Below, one piece after another: positions 1 to 26,199 of a stretch of 64,000 nt of DNA. Location of the stretch: NCBI RefSeq assembly GCF_009914755.1, contig NC_060939.1. The stretch is one strand, 5' to 3'. This DNA comes from the human T2T-CHM13v2.0 reference genome, Homo sapiens. The notes under the pieces were generated by a model that was given only the letters and a program-made list of their open reading frames with translations, ran no database searches and was not told where the DNA came from. Every line of letters begins with the position of its first letter. Within the stretch, counting starts at the first letter, position 1. Both the position numbers and the translations under genes were made by a program.

Positions 1-415
1 TGTTGGGTATATATCTAAAAGAAATGAAATCCGTATGTCCAAGAGATCGCTGTACCCCATGTTTATTGCAGCACCTTTCACAACAGCCAAGACATGGAAT
101 CAACCTAACTGTCCATCAACAGATGAGCAAGGCCGGGCCTGGTGGCTCACATCTGTAATCCTAGCACTTTCAGGAGGAAAGGAGGATTGCTCCAGCCCAG
201 AAGTTCAAGACCAGCCTGGGCAACATAGTGATACCCCATCTCCATTTAAAAAATAATTAAAATTAAAAAAACAAAAACAGGCCGGACACGATGGCTCATG
301 CCTATAATCCCAGTACTGGGAGGCCGAGGCAGATGAATCACTTGAGGCCAGGAGTTCGAGACCAGCCTGGCCAACACGGTGAAACCCCTTCTCTACTAAA
401 AATGCAAAAAAATTA

Positions 416-583
<168 letters not shown>

Positions 584-633
584 TTATGGTGATGGTTGTT
601 GCACAGCTCCAGAAATCTTCTAAAAATTATTGT

Positions 634-1660
<1,027 letters not shown>

Positions 1661-1984
1661 AACGTATACTTAAAAGTAGGTGAATTTTATAAAGTAGGTA
1701 TATTATACCTCAATAAACAAAATTTTTGTTTAAAATTTTTGTTTTTAAAGCATGCTAATATTTTTAAATTGGAATTGGGTTAAATTTATAGATCAATATG
1801 AAGAGAACTGATGTCTTTACTATGTTGAGTGTTCCAACCACTGACCATGGTATGTTCCCCCATTTACTTAAATGATCTTTGATTTCTCTCATCTTCAGCA
1901 TACAGATCCTGTAAGTCTTATTCAATGTATACCTAAGTATTTGATTCCTTTGAAGCAAACGAAATGTTGTGTTTTTAAATTTAA

Positions 1985-2263
<279 letters not shown>

Positions 2264-2314
2264 TGAGCAACCACGCCCAGCCAAATTTAACTTTCTAATT
2301 GTACATTGCTAGTA

Positions 2315-3138
<824 letters not shown>

Positions 3139-3400
3139 TTAGTTCTAGTAGCTTTTTCATAGATTCCCTGGATTTTCTATGTAGATAATCATGTTGTCAG
3201 CAAATAGGGACAATTTTCCCTTTCCAATTTGTATGCCTTTTCTTTCTTTGTCTGATACTATTGCACTGGCTAAAATAAGGTTTTTAAATTATGTCAGTGT
3301 AATTAATCCATGCTTTATCAATGGCCTCTAAGGGTTGGCTAAATTTTAATAGGAAAAACAATGAGAATAGCTTGGACATGTTAGTTAAAACTTCACACTA

Positions 3401-3694
<294 letters not shown>

Positions 3695-6149
3695 TCACAA
3701 AAAATAAAATAAAATAACATAACATAAAAGAAAAGAAAAGAAAGGAGGGAGGGAGATGTTAGCTATTATTTAAACCCAAAGTCACCTTTAGCATTATAAA
3801 CTTGAGTATGTGCACAAAGATACAGACACAAGCATTGACTGTAGTGGTGAAAAACAGTAAATAACTATAATGTCAATCAACAGGAGGCTGATAAAATTAT
3901 GAAACATCCACACTACAGAATACTATAGTGATTTGGCCGGGCACAGTGGCTCATGCCTGTAATACCAGCACTTTGGGAGGCTGAGGCGGGCAGATCACTT
4001 GAGGTCAGGAGTTCAAGACCAGCCTGGGCAACATGGCAAAACCCCGTCTCTACTAAAAAGACAAAAATTAGCCGGGTGTGGTGGTGCGTGCCTGTAATCC
4101 CAGCTACTCAGGGGGCTGAGGTGGGAGAACCACCTGAACCCAGGAGGCATAGGTTGTGGCGAGCCGAGTTTGCGCCACTGCACTCCAGTCTGGGCCACAG
4201 AGTTAAGACTCTGTCACAAAAAAAAAAAAAAAAAAAAAAAAAAGGAATACTATACGGTTATTTAAAAGATTGAGGGAAATCTGTGTGTACATACTATATA
4301 TATCAACATGTAAAGATTGCTAAGATCTTTAAGTAACCAAACATCATTAAGTGAAAAATGTATGACGATAATATATGCAATATGATCTCACTATGTTATT
4401 TAAAAAATTACTTATGCACAGAAAAGACTATTATACTACTTAGAAGTACCGAGGGAATTTCACTTTTAGTATACACGGTTCTATGCTGTTTAATGTTTTT
4501 AATGAACTATAGTTTTGTAATTTTTCTCATCACTTTATCATTTTAGTCTCTCTCTCAGGCTGTATCCGAGAGCCACACTTTTCAGACCCTTGTATCTTTA
4601 CTCTTCAGGGACAAACCAGAGCATAGCTGAATCTCCAACGCCTTATGCTAAGCGAAACAAGCCAGACTCCAAGCCCACATGTGACATTCTGGAATGGGCA
4701 AAGCAGGAGGACTGAGGAACAGACAGGCGGCTGCAAGAGCGGGGAGGAGAGAGGCTGCCTTCCTGAGTATCCTGACTGCGGTGGAAGTCACTACAGTCCA
4801 TGCACCTGCTACAGCTCACTGAACTGAACACCAAAAAGTGAATCTTACTAAAAGTTTAAAATAAATTTAAACACACACACAAACTTAGGGGGTACATTTT
4901 CTTTGAGCGCAGCACAGACACCTGTCTTAACGCAGGAAACGTCCTCCGCCACGACTCCAGGGCGCCTCGGTCGCAGTGAGGGCACCGGCACTATATCCCT
5001 ACTGGCCCTACCAGTGCACACCTGCTACGGCCCGCGCCCACTCACAGCGTGACTCGTTCTTCCAGGCTCCGTGCCTGCAGATCTAGACATCACTTGGAAA
5101 ACCGCTGGCCACCCGCAGGGAAAAGGCAGCATGCGTGGGGCCCCCGCGGGTCCCGGCCTGGCCGGGACTCTGCCGCCAAGCTGTCAAGCATAGCAATGTG
5201 CGCACTGCACCAGGCATCACCGCGGCTCCGACCACGCCTCATTCCGGAGTCCGACGGACGACTGCAAGAAACACCACCGCTCCCGGCGCAGCCACGGTGC
5301 CCTCCGCCGCCAGAAAACAAACGCTCCCGAGCCTCAGTCCCCAGCGGCGACCACGCGGCGCTGGGCTCAATCAGCAGCCGCTCCCTGACTGGACTTAATA
5401 GCGGAGCTGACACCGTCCAGACGCCCCTCTCAGCTTAAAACACGTTCCATCAACCCCGTTTCCCGATTATTCTTGCACCCTTCTTGTCACACCCACAATG
5501 TGCTGCAAATTAAGCTCACGCATTTCAGCCTTAAAATACACAATTCAGATGCTTGTGCGAAACAGTGCTGCCTCCGTAACGATCGCGCCTCTTTAACAAA
5601 GCCCAAAACTCCTCTCTCCAAGAATGCCCGGAATGGCTCCGCGGACCAGGCTCCCTCCGCTCCTCACAGGGGCACGAAACAAAAACGGGTTCAGATCTTG
5701 CTGCGCGACCTTAGTGCAACATTAACAATCTGCCTGCTCCTTACTTTCCAACAAAAACGTCAAACACTAAGGTATTCCTTCGCCACTGGAGCTGTGCCAT
5801 GTGCCGGGGCGCGGAATCCGGGATCCGGGGGCGCGAGGCGGTGAACGCGGGGGCGGGGAGCTCGGGGCCGAGGCCGAAAGGCCGGGGGCGCAGGGACCGG
5901 GAAGCCAGTGCAGGGAGTGCGGGGACCTGGAGCCCGGGAGGCGCGGGAGCCCGGGGCCGGGACCTGGGGGACGCGGGGACCAGGACGATCCCGGAGGCCG
6001 CGCCGCCGGGGAGGCCGCGCCGCCGGGGTTGGGGGGGAGGGGGGGGGGTCCGTCCCGGCCCCGCCGCCGCCCTGGTCGGCCCAGGTTCCGAGGGGGACCC
6101 GGACCCCGCGGAGGCCGCAGGGCAGGCGCGGGCGAGCGGGGTTCCTCAC

Positions 6150-6235
6150 CTGCGTCCGCGGCGGCTTGGGGGTCCTGGGCGGGCCCTGGGAGTTTCCTTG
6201 GCCGAGTGAGTCACTCGGGCTGGCCGGGAATGCGC
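6150..6235 (-). other. CYFIP1: CYFIP1 non-coding first exon (TSS approximate)
   Basis: ...GCCGCCGCGGACGCAG|GTGAGG strong donor; matches my recollection of the CYFIP1 5' UTR. Confidence 0.75.
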
Positions 6236-6658
6236 CAGGAAACACTCGGCCTCCTCCCCTTCCTCCCGGGGCGGGGGCTCTCCCGGCTCGGCCTCTTCCT
6301 CCCGGCGCTCCTCCCTCCCGGCCGCGGCCCCGGCCGCTCCCTCCTCCTGGCGGGGCATCCCCGGCCGGGCGGCCCCTTTCCCCACGCCAGCCGCCGAAGG
6401 TGTCCTCCCAGGCAGAGAGCCCCTGGCTACCTGCCGGCCTGGGTCACCGCAGCCTGCGCGGGACGGCGGGGTCGGAGCGGAGCGGGCGTGGGGTCCTCCT
6501 GCGGGTCCGTCCGGTTCGGAGCGCGAAGGAACGGGGTCCGCACCCTGTCCCGGGGCTCCACCGGGTCAGGGCGGGGGTTGGCCTGAGCTGCGGAAGGAGC
6601 TCAGGGGGACACCCAGGACGCCCGTGTGGCGCCGCCCCACTTGGCAGGAGGCGCTCAC

Positions 6659-6800
6659 CTGCGCTCGTCGGGAGGGTTCCAGGCGCGGGTCCCAGCTGCA
6701 GGTCGGCGCGCAGAGCCCGCTGGGGACCCCCCCGGCCGGCCCCTGCGGCCCCATTGCCTGCGGGAACCAGGGACAAATCCGTGCGCAGACCTGCGGGAAC
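6659..6800 (-). other. CYFIP1: Candidate alternative CYFIP1 first exon (5' end uncertain)
   Basis: GAGCGCAG|GTGAGC consensus donor inside the CpG island. Confidence 0.5.
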
Positions 6801-6871
6801 GGCGGACGGAAGAAAACCTGATTTGAGCTCGTGCCAAAAAACAATCTCGAAAGGCCGGTGAAGAAACATAC

Positions 6872-6950
6872 CTCACACGGAAACGCTGAGTGGAGTCAGC
6901 TGGTCACAGGCGTGTTTAGGAAAACTGCCCTAAACGCCCCGCTCAGCCGC
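6872..6950 (-). other. CYFIP1: Candidate upstream alternative CYFIP1 first exon (5' end uncertain)
   Basis: GTGTGAG|GTATGT donor at the island edge. Confidence 0.45.
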
Positions 6951-7414
6951 AGCAACCTCACTCCCCATTCATCCGCGACCCCTGGTTCTTATGGAGAACA
7001 GTAAGGATGGGCATCAGATATTCTAGTCTGGTCTCTAGATTATGAAGGTTTGGTTACCCCCGCTTGTGCTCTGCGGTAAGGCAAAAAGCAGCAAATGAAT
7101 CCTGACCAGCGGATTGAGACAATCTACCAGTTGACTCAATATTCGGAGATCACTTTCTCACATTCCTGCAAAACAGGGGCTTTGGATAACATTCTGGTTC
7201 CCAGTCCACACATTTTCAAATCAGCAGATTACTCCTTTTCTGTGCCTAGGGTGGAGTCTCAAAATTAGATTCCAAAGGTTTTTACATTGTAGATGACATG
7301 ATAGAACCCAAATTCAAGTTATACTGTGATAATTTAAAATATTGTAATCCCGGCCGAGCGCAGTGGCTCACGCCTGTAATCGCAGCATTTTGGGAGTCCG
7401 AGGCGGGCGGATCA

Positions 7415-11060
<3,646 letters not shown>

Positions 11061-11070
11061 TGTATAATGA

Positions 11071-11778
<708 letters not shown>

Positions 11779-11781
11779 TCA

Positions 11782-12123
<342 letters not shown>

Positions 12124-12302
12124 CTATGGAAAACAATATGATGAAAAAAGTTTTTAAAAGGGGAAGAAAATGGATATACAAGTAGTATTATAAAATAGAT
12201 GAACCTCAAAACTATTCTGTAATTTTCCACACACAAAAGACCATGTACATATTGTGGGATTTCATCTATATGAACTTCCATGACAGATAGCACCACTACT
12301 CA

Positions 12303-12458
<156 letters not shown>

Positions 12459-12501
12459 TTAGCCGGGTGTGGTGGTGGGTGCCTGTAATCCTAGCTACTC
12501 A

Positions 12502-12645
<144 letters not shown>

Positions 12646-12774
12646 TTAAATCGTTTGCTTGGGTGAGGTGGTCTGCAGGGAATAGGATGGACTGAAAAGA
12701 GGCGTGTAGGAAATTTCTGGGGACTTGGAAATATTCTGCATCTTTGTCAGGCTGATATTGACACAAGCATATTA

Positions 12775-17093
<4,319 letters not shown>

Positions 17094-17517
17094 TGAGTAG
17101 CTGGGATTACAGGCGCACACCACCACACCCGGCTAATTTTCTATATTAGTAGAGACGGGGTTCCACCATGTTGGCCAGGCTGGTCTCGAACCCATGACCT
17201 CAGGTGATCCGCCTGCCTCGGCCTCCCAAAGTGCTGGGATTACAGGTGTGAGCCACCATGCCCAGCCAAATTACTCTTTCTTAACTTAATGATGCCATGA
17301 ATTGATGTGGTGGCTTTGCAGCATGTGGAGCTGGCTAAGCTGACCCAGGTTTACTAGAGTTCTTCCTGTGTTTCTGCAAGACCATGAGGGAGGCGCTGGC
17401 GGAGGCTTGGGGAGAGGCAGGGAGCTGCCACTGTGTTGTGGCTCACACGTGTTGTGGGTCTGACAGCTTACACTGTTAACACCACCATGGCCAGGACTGC
17501 CACTACTGCCTTCTTCT

Positions 17518-18058
17518 TGTCAACCTAAAATAATCAAAAGGAACAGAATCTAGTTTAGAGAGTTTATTCAAGCAAAAAGTTTGAGGATGGGCCACCTGGG
17601 AAGCACCCATCTCAAAGAACAGAAGTCAGTGTTCCAAAGTGTAGATGTTTGGGAATGCTTATTTAGACAAAGGTTAGGGAAGTGTAACAAAATTTCATCA
17701 TCTTTCTGTGGAAGACTTCATGCATAGTTATGATGATCTGATTAGTCAAGTTGGTCTTTTTCTTCCAGGCAAGGCATATTTAACATTCCACACTGAGGTT
17801 GTACTAGTGATAGGGTCTTGAGCACCGTCTGGTCCACATTAGGTACCGGACAGCAAAGGAGGCAGTTCATCTACAACAAAACCAGTGATTGGAAGTGGGG
17901 AGGTCTGGTCTCTGGTCTCTCTTAGTCATTTACAGAACAAGAACAATGAGGAAGAGAGTGAATCTGAGAAGAATTGCAGTCGTACGACCTGACAGTCTCC
18001 AGGGCTCAACTTCCTCCCTGGCGTAATAAATCCAGACAGTCCTGAAGTTTTACTTTCA
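17518..18058 (-). mobile_element. ERV1-class solo LTR (MER34/MER39-like; family tentative)
   Basis: on minus strand begins TGAAAG and ends ...AATAAACTCTC...TTATTTTAGGTTGACA. Confidence 0.55.
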
Positions 18059-18269
18059 TTGACTCTCTGGATCCTGTGGCTCCCGAAGGAGGCATCTGGC
18101 TCATCTTCATGATGAGAGGCCCTAGCTTCTGCAGCACCTCCACACCACCAAGGCCAGAAGCAGCAAGAACTGACGCAGGTTTAGGTCCCTCCCAAACCTC
18201 CTGTGGACAGTAGGCTCCAGCGTCGGATGCAGACAACAGGCAGCCCTATGGAAACTGACGAATCAGTTT

Positions 18270-19095
<826 letters not shown>

Positions 19096-19395
19096 TAAGT
19101 AGCTGGGATCACAGGCATGCGCCACCATGCCCGGCTAACTTTTGTATTTTTAGTAGAGACAGGGTTTCACCATGTTGGTCAGGCTGGTCTCGAACTCCTG
19201 ACCTCGTGATTCGCCTGCCTCTGCCTCCCAAAGTGCTGAGATTACAGGTGTGAGCCACCGCGCCCAGCTGGAAACTCTTTTTTATTTTGAGACATGAACT
19301 TACTCTGCCGCCCAGGCTGGAGTGCAGTGGCACGATCAAGCTCACTAGACCCTCGACCTCCTGGGCTCAAATAATCCTCCCACCTCAGCCCCCGA

Positions 19396-19438
<43 letters not shown>

Positions 19439-19440
19439 GA

Positions 19441-19548
<108 letters not shown>

Positions 19549-20809
19549 TAGCTGGGATTACAGGTATGCACCACCATGCCCAGCTAGTTCTTGTATTTTC
19601 AGTAGAGATGGGGTTTCACCATGTTGGCCAGGCTGGTCTCGAACTCCTGACCTCAGATGATCCACCTGCCTCGGCCTCCCAAAGTGTTGGGATTACAGGC
19701 GTGAGCCACCGTGCCCAGACTAATTTTTGTATTTTTTGTAGAGATGCGGTTTCACCACGTTGGCCAGGCTAGTCTTGAACTCCTGGGCTCAAGCGATTCG
19801 CCTGCCTCGGCCTCCCAAAATGCTGGGATTACAGGTGTGAGCCACTGAGCTTCTGATGTCAAAAAGATTAATAAATGTTGCCTCAGAGTACCCTTTAGTG
19901 ACACTAAAGGCTCTGTGAATAGATTAAGGGTGTGTCTCACAGAATCTCTCCAACAATAGGGTCTTTTTTCCCTTCTTTTTTAGGATGAAGTTTTGCTCTT
20001 GTTGCCCAGGCTGCAGTGCAATGGTGCAGTCTCGGCTCACTGCAACTCTGCCTCCTGGGTTCAAGAGATTCTCCTGCCTCAGCCTCCCAGGTAGCTGGGA
20101 TTAGAGGTGCCCACCACCACGCCTGGCTAATTGTTTTGTATTTTTAGTAGAGACGGGGTTTCACCATATTGGCCAGGTTGGTCTTGAACTCGTGACCTCC
20201 AATAATCCGCCTGCCTTGGCCTCCCAAAATGCTGGGATTACAGGCGTGAGCCACCGTGCCTGGTCCCAGTCCATTTTACAGATAGGATAGGGCGATGTGC
20301 AGCACGGCCTTAGCTTTTCCACACACATGAGCAAAGGAACAGCTCTTAGATTCAGTGTAAAGATGTCTTTTCATTCAGAAAACTCAAGCAGTTTGAGACT
20401 CATCCAAGTTGTTACAAAGTCATGTTTTCCTTTCTGTGCAGTATTCCATTGGGTAAATTGAAGCTGTTTATTCATTCACCAGTTGATGGTCATGTGGACT
20501 GTTTCTAGTTTTTGGCACTTATTCGTAAAGCCACTATAAACATTTGTGTACAGGTTTTTGTGTGAATATACATTTCATTTCTCTTGGGTAAACACCTAGA
20601 AGTGGGATTGCTGGGTGATAAGTTGTTTAACATTGTAAAAATATGTTTAATAAAGATATGTTTAACAGTGTAAAAGACTGAAAAACTCTTCCAAATTGGC
20701 TGTACCAAGGCTGGGCACGGTGGCTCACGCCTGTAATCCCAGCACTTTGGGAGGCCAGTGCAGGATTGTGCTTGAGCTCCAAAGTTTGAGACCACCCTGG
20801 GCAACATAG

Positions 20810-20956
<147 letters not shown>

Positions 20957-21013
20957 TAAAAATACAAAAATTACCTGGGCATGATGGTGTGCGTCTGTGG
21001 TCCCAGCCACTCA

Positions 21014-21181
<168 letters not shown>

Positions 21182-22961
21182 TCACTCAGATGCTGTTTTA
21201 CTCATTCAATTATAAAAATAGAAGTGACCCCTGGATTCTGTTGGGAAGCACCATACTGGTGTCCGGCTCCACCTTGTTCGTGGTCCCCCATAGGAGGGCA
21301 CCTGGCCCAAAGCCACCTGCAGCTTTAAAGACATTGTGTAACCTAAGAAACCTCCTGGGATGTGCTGCTAGGAAAGTCATCTGCAAACACACACCAGGTG
21401 AGATCGCACCACTGCAATCCAGCCTAGGTGACAAAGCAAGGCTCCGTCTCAAAAAAAAAAAAAAAACAAAACAAAAACCAAAAAAACCCAAATTGGCTGT
21501 ACCATCTGCATTTCCACCAGTAATGTAAGAAATTCCCAGTTGCTCCACACCCAGCCCCACACTTGATACAATTCAATGAGTTTTGTCACATGCATGTACC
21601 TGTGGGACCAATGAAGACACAGAACACACCCATCACCCCCAGAAATTTCCCCCAACCCCCTTTCAGGTAACATGTCATGGCCAGAGGCAACCACTGTTGC
21701 AATTTCTATCACTGGAGACTAGTTTTACCAGTTCATTAACTTCATGTAAATGGAATAATAACGGATCCTTTTAAGTCTGGCTTTTTTTTCGACATAAAGT
21801 TCCTGGAATTCTCTTATGTCGTTATGTGGATGAGCTGTGTTTTCACAGCTGAACTGCATTCCACTGCGTGCATATACTTCAGTGTTGATCCATCTACCTC
21901 TTCACCGTCATCAGGATGTTTCTAGCTTTTAGCTCTTATGAATATTCAGATACAAATCTCTGCGTGGACGCATTTAAAAATTCCTCTTGGATAAATACCT
22001 AAGGGTGAACTGCTGCTTCTCAGGGGTAGATACATGTTAACCTTTGTAAGAAAATACCATATAGTTTCCCCAAGTGCTTGTACCATCTTGTAATTTCCAG
22101 TTGCTCTAAATCCTTGAAAATTATTTGACATGCCGGTCTTTTTATTTTAGCCATGCCAGAGGCTGTGGTGCTCGTGCGGTTTAATTGGCCATTTTTGTGC
22201 CTTCCTTGCCTCTTTGTGCTCATTAAAAAAAATGTCTTGGGCTGGGTGCAATGGCGCACACCTGTAATCCCAGCACTTTGGGAGGCTGAGGCCAGAGGAC
22301 TACTTGGGCCCAGGAATTCACATCAGCCGGGGAACATAGTTAAGACTTCATCTTTTTAATTTTTATTTTCTTTAATTTTTGAATCAGAGTCTTGCTCTGT
22401 CACCCAGGCCGAAGGGCTGTGGTGTGATCTTGGCTCACTGCCACTTCCAACTCCCAGGTTTAAGCAATTCTCATGCCTCAGCCTTCCCAGAGTAGGTGGG
22501 ACTACAGGTGTCTGTCACCACACCCAGCTATTTTTTGTATTTTTAGTAGAGATGGAGTTTCACCATGTTGGCCAGGCGGGTCTCAAACTCCTGGCCTCAA
22601 GTGATCGGTCTGCCTAGGCCTTCCAAAGTGCTGGGATTATAGGCATGAGCCACTGCACCTGGCTGAAAACCCAACTCTTCCAAAAAAACACAAAAGATTA
22701 GCCGCATATGGTGGTGCATACCTGTAGTCTCAGCTACTCAGGAGGCTGAGGGAGGAGTGCTTGCTCCCCGGAGGTTGAGGCTTCAGTGAGCCAAGACTGT
22801 GCCAATGCGCTCCAGCATGGGCAACAAAGCAAGACCTTGCATCAATGAAAAAAAAAAAAGCTTGTCTTACTAATTTAAAATGCCTTCATACACTCTGAAC
22901 ATAGTTACTTCTGGACACCCTGGGCAACAGTGGTTGCCTCTGGGCATGACATGGTTCCTGA

Positions 22962-23293
<332 letters not shown>

Positions 23294-23902
23294 TGATCCA
23301 CCCACCTTGACCTCCCAAAGTGCTGGGACTGCAGGCATGAGCCACCGTGCTCGGCCCCTTTTTTGATTTTATGTAAGAAATCTTTGTCTACCCCAAGTTT
23401 GTAGTGTTAATTTCCCATGTTTGCTTCTAGAAGCTTTCTAGTCCTAACTTCCACATTTTGTTGTTTCCAGTTCTAGCTTTCATATTTTTTTTCTTTTTCT
23501 TATTTTTTTCTGAGACAGAGTCTCGCTCTGTCGCCCAGGCTGGAGTGCAGTGGCATGATCTCAGCTCACTGCAACCTCCGGCCACCCAGGTTCAAGCAAT
23601 TCTCTGGCCTCAGCCTCCTGAGTAGCTAGGATTACAGGTGTGTGCCACCACGCCCAGCTAATTTTTGTATTTTTAGTAGAGACAAGGTTTCACCACATTG
23701 GTCAGGCTGGTCTCGAACTCCTGACCTCATGATCCACCCACCTTGGCTTCCCAAAGTGCTGGGATTGCAGGCATGAGTCACTATGTGTGGCCTTTTTTTT
23801 TTTTAAAGATAGTCTCACTCTATAAAAAGAAAATATGGAAAAATTTAATAGTAAGCATAATTCTATTCAAAATATAACTGGTTAGCTCACAAAAATTGCT
23901 CA

Positions 23903-24558
<656 letters not shown>

Positions 24559-24596
24559 TAGGCTCACCGCAACCTCTGCCTCCTGGGTTCAAGTGA

Positions 24597-24806
<210 letters not shown>

Positions 24807-25071
24807 TAAGTTGTTTTTGGAGAGATGGGGTCTCATATGTTGCCTAGGCAGGTCTTAAACTGCTGGCCTCAAGGAATCCTCTCACCTCAGTCTTTCAAAG
24901 TGCCAGGATTACAAGCTTGAGAAACTACACCCAGCCAAAATATAAACATTTCTAGGACAGCTACATCTAAGACAACTTTTAGGGAAGACAACATGTAAAA
25001 CTCTATATAAAAAGCTTCTGTGACTGTAGGACAGCAGCAAAAGGATAATAAAATGATTTTAAGTCCTTTAA

Positions 25072-25077
25072 TTTATT
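25072..25077 (-). terminator. TUBGCP5: Distal polyadenylation signal AATAAA
   Basis: TTTATT on plus strand ~620 nt past the stop; U-rich sequence downstream on the transcript. Confidence 0.65.
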
Positions 25078-25288
25078 TTGAATATCAGTAATTACATTTT
25101 CAAAATATGATATAATTTAAAGGTATCAGTACCATAAATCTGTATCTTACAGTAGGAAATGTAAGAGTAAACAGCCTATATACACTTTGTACTACTGACA
25201 CAATTTTATGTATACAACTCTATACAGTATCTACTAATCTCCAGAAAACCCACCTACAATCCATCTGTCTGGACTGTGGGCAAGTGGT

Positions 25289-25577
25289 TCTTTCTGAGTC
25301 AGGGTCTCACTCTGTCACCCAGGTTGCACTGCAGTAGTGCAATCATGGCTCACTGTAGCCTTGACCTCCTGGGCTCAAGTAATCCTCCCATCTTTGCCTC
25401 CTGAGTAGCTGGGACTACAGGTACACACCACCATGTCTGGATACATTTTGTATTTTTGGTAGACACCGGGTTTCACCATGTTGCCCAGGCTGGCCTCAAA
25501 CTCCTGGGCTCAAGTGATCTGCCTGTCTTGGCCTCCCATCGTGCTGGGATTAGAGGCATGAGCGACTGTGCCAGGCT
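25289..25577 (-). mobile_element. AluJ-like element in TUBGCP5 3' UTR (sense to the mRNA)
   Basis: full Alu body; gactgtgg(g/a)caagt target-site duplication at 25272-25285 and 25578-25591. Confidence 0.85.
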
Positions 25578-25677
25578 GACTGTGGACAAGTTTTACAAAT
25601 AAACCAAAATAAAAATATTTTCACTTTTCAGCTGCACATGGTGGAAATGTACATGTATGATGACAAAGTCGGAGATA

Positions 25678-25683
25678 TTTATT
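25678..25683 (-). terminator. TUBGCP5: Candidate proximal polyadenylation signal AATAAA
   Basis: TTTATT on plus strand, 13 nt after the stop codon. Confidence 0.4.
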
Positions 25684-25696
25684 ACGCTGAAGACAT

Positions 25697-25743
25697 TTAA
25701 CTTTGTTCCATGCCAGCCATGAGTGACAACGCTAGAGATTCCA
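25697..25743 (-). CDS. TUBGCP5: GCP5 terminal exon 23, coding part ([15 protein letters not shown]-stop)
   Basis: cacag acceptor; TAA at 25699-25697; exons 2-23 sum to 2929 nt, plus 146 nt for exon 1 = 3075 nt (1024 aa + stop). Confidence 0.95.
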
Positions 25744-25791
25744 CTGTGGGAAGAATAAAAATAAGGTTAAAACAATAGGTTTAAATGTTGA

Positions 25792-26015
<224 letters not shown>

Positions 26016-26193
26016 TGACCTTAAGTGATTCACTCAACCTCCCAAAGGGCTGGGATTAGAGGCATGAGCCACCGCGCCAGGCCAGGAGCTTTAAATTCCT
26101 AAAAAAATTTTTAAAAAGACTAGATTTTGAAAAGAAATAGTTACAAAAACTACACGATAGTGAAGTGTGACAGAAATCTATTCTGCCATCAAC

Positions 26194-26199
26194 TTTATT
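26194..26199 (-). terminator. TUBGCP5: Candidate intronic polyadenylation signal AATAAA (intron 22)
   Basis: TTTATT on plus strand ~200 nt past the read-through stop. Confidence 0.45.

Larger units (their letters stand above)
4950..7000. promoter_or_regulatory. CYFIP1: CpG island / CYFIP1 promoter region
   Basis: very high GC and CpG density in unique sequence, several GGGCGG boxes; tandem position downstream of TUBGCP5 fits known 15q11.2 gene order. Confidence 0.88.
25050..25696 (-). other. TUBGCP5: TUBGCP5 3' UTR (end approximate)
   Basis: follows the stop codon; AATAAA on minus strand at 25077-25072. Confidence 0.7.

Noticed and set aside
5049-6861. Long overlapping ORFs (up to 317 aa) on both strands in the CpG island
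   Set aside because: They are Gly/Pro/Arg/Ala-rich, present in several frames and often start at non-ATG codons. This is expected from stop-codon scarcity at very high GC, and no domain is recognisable.
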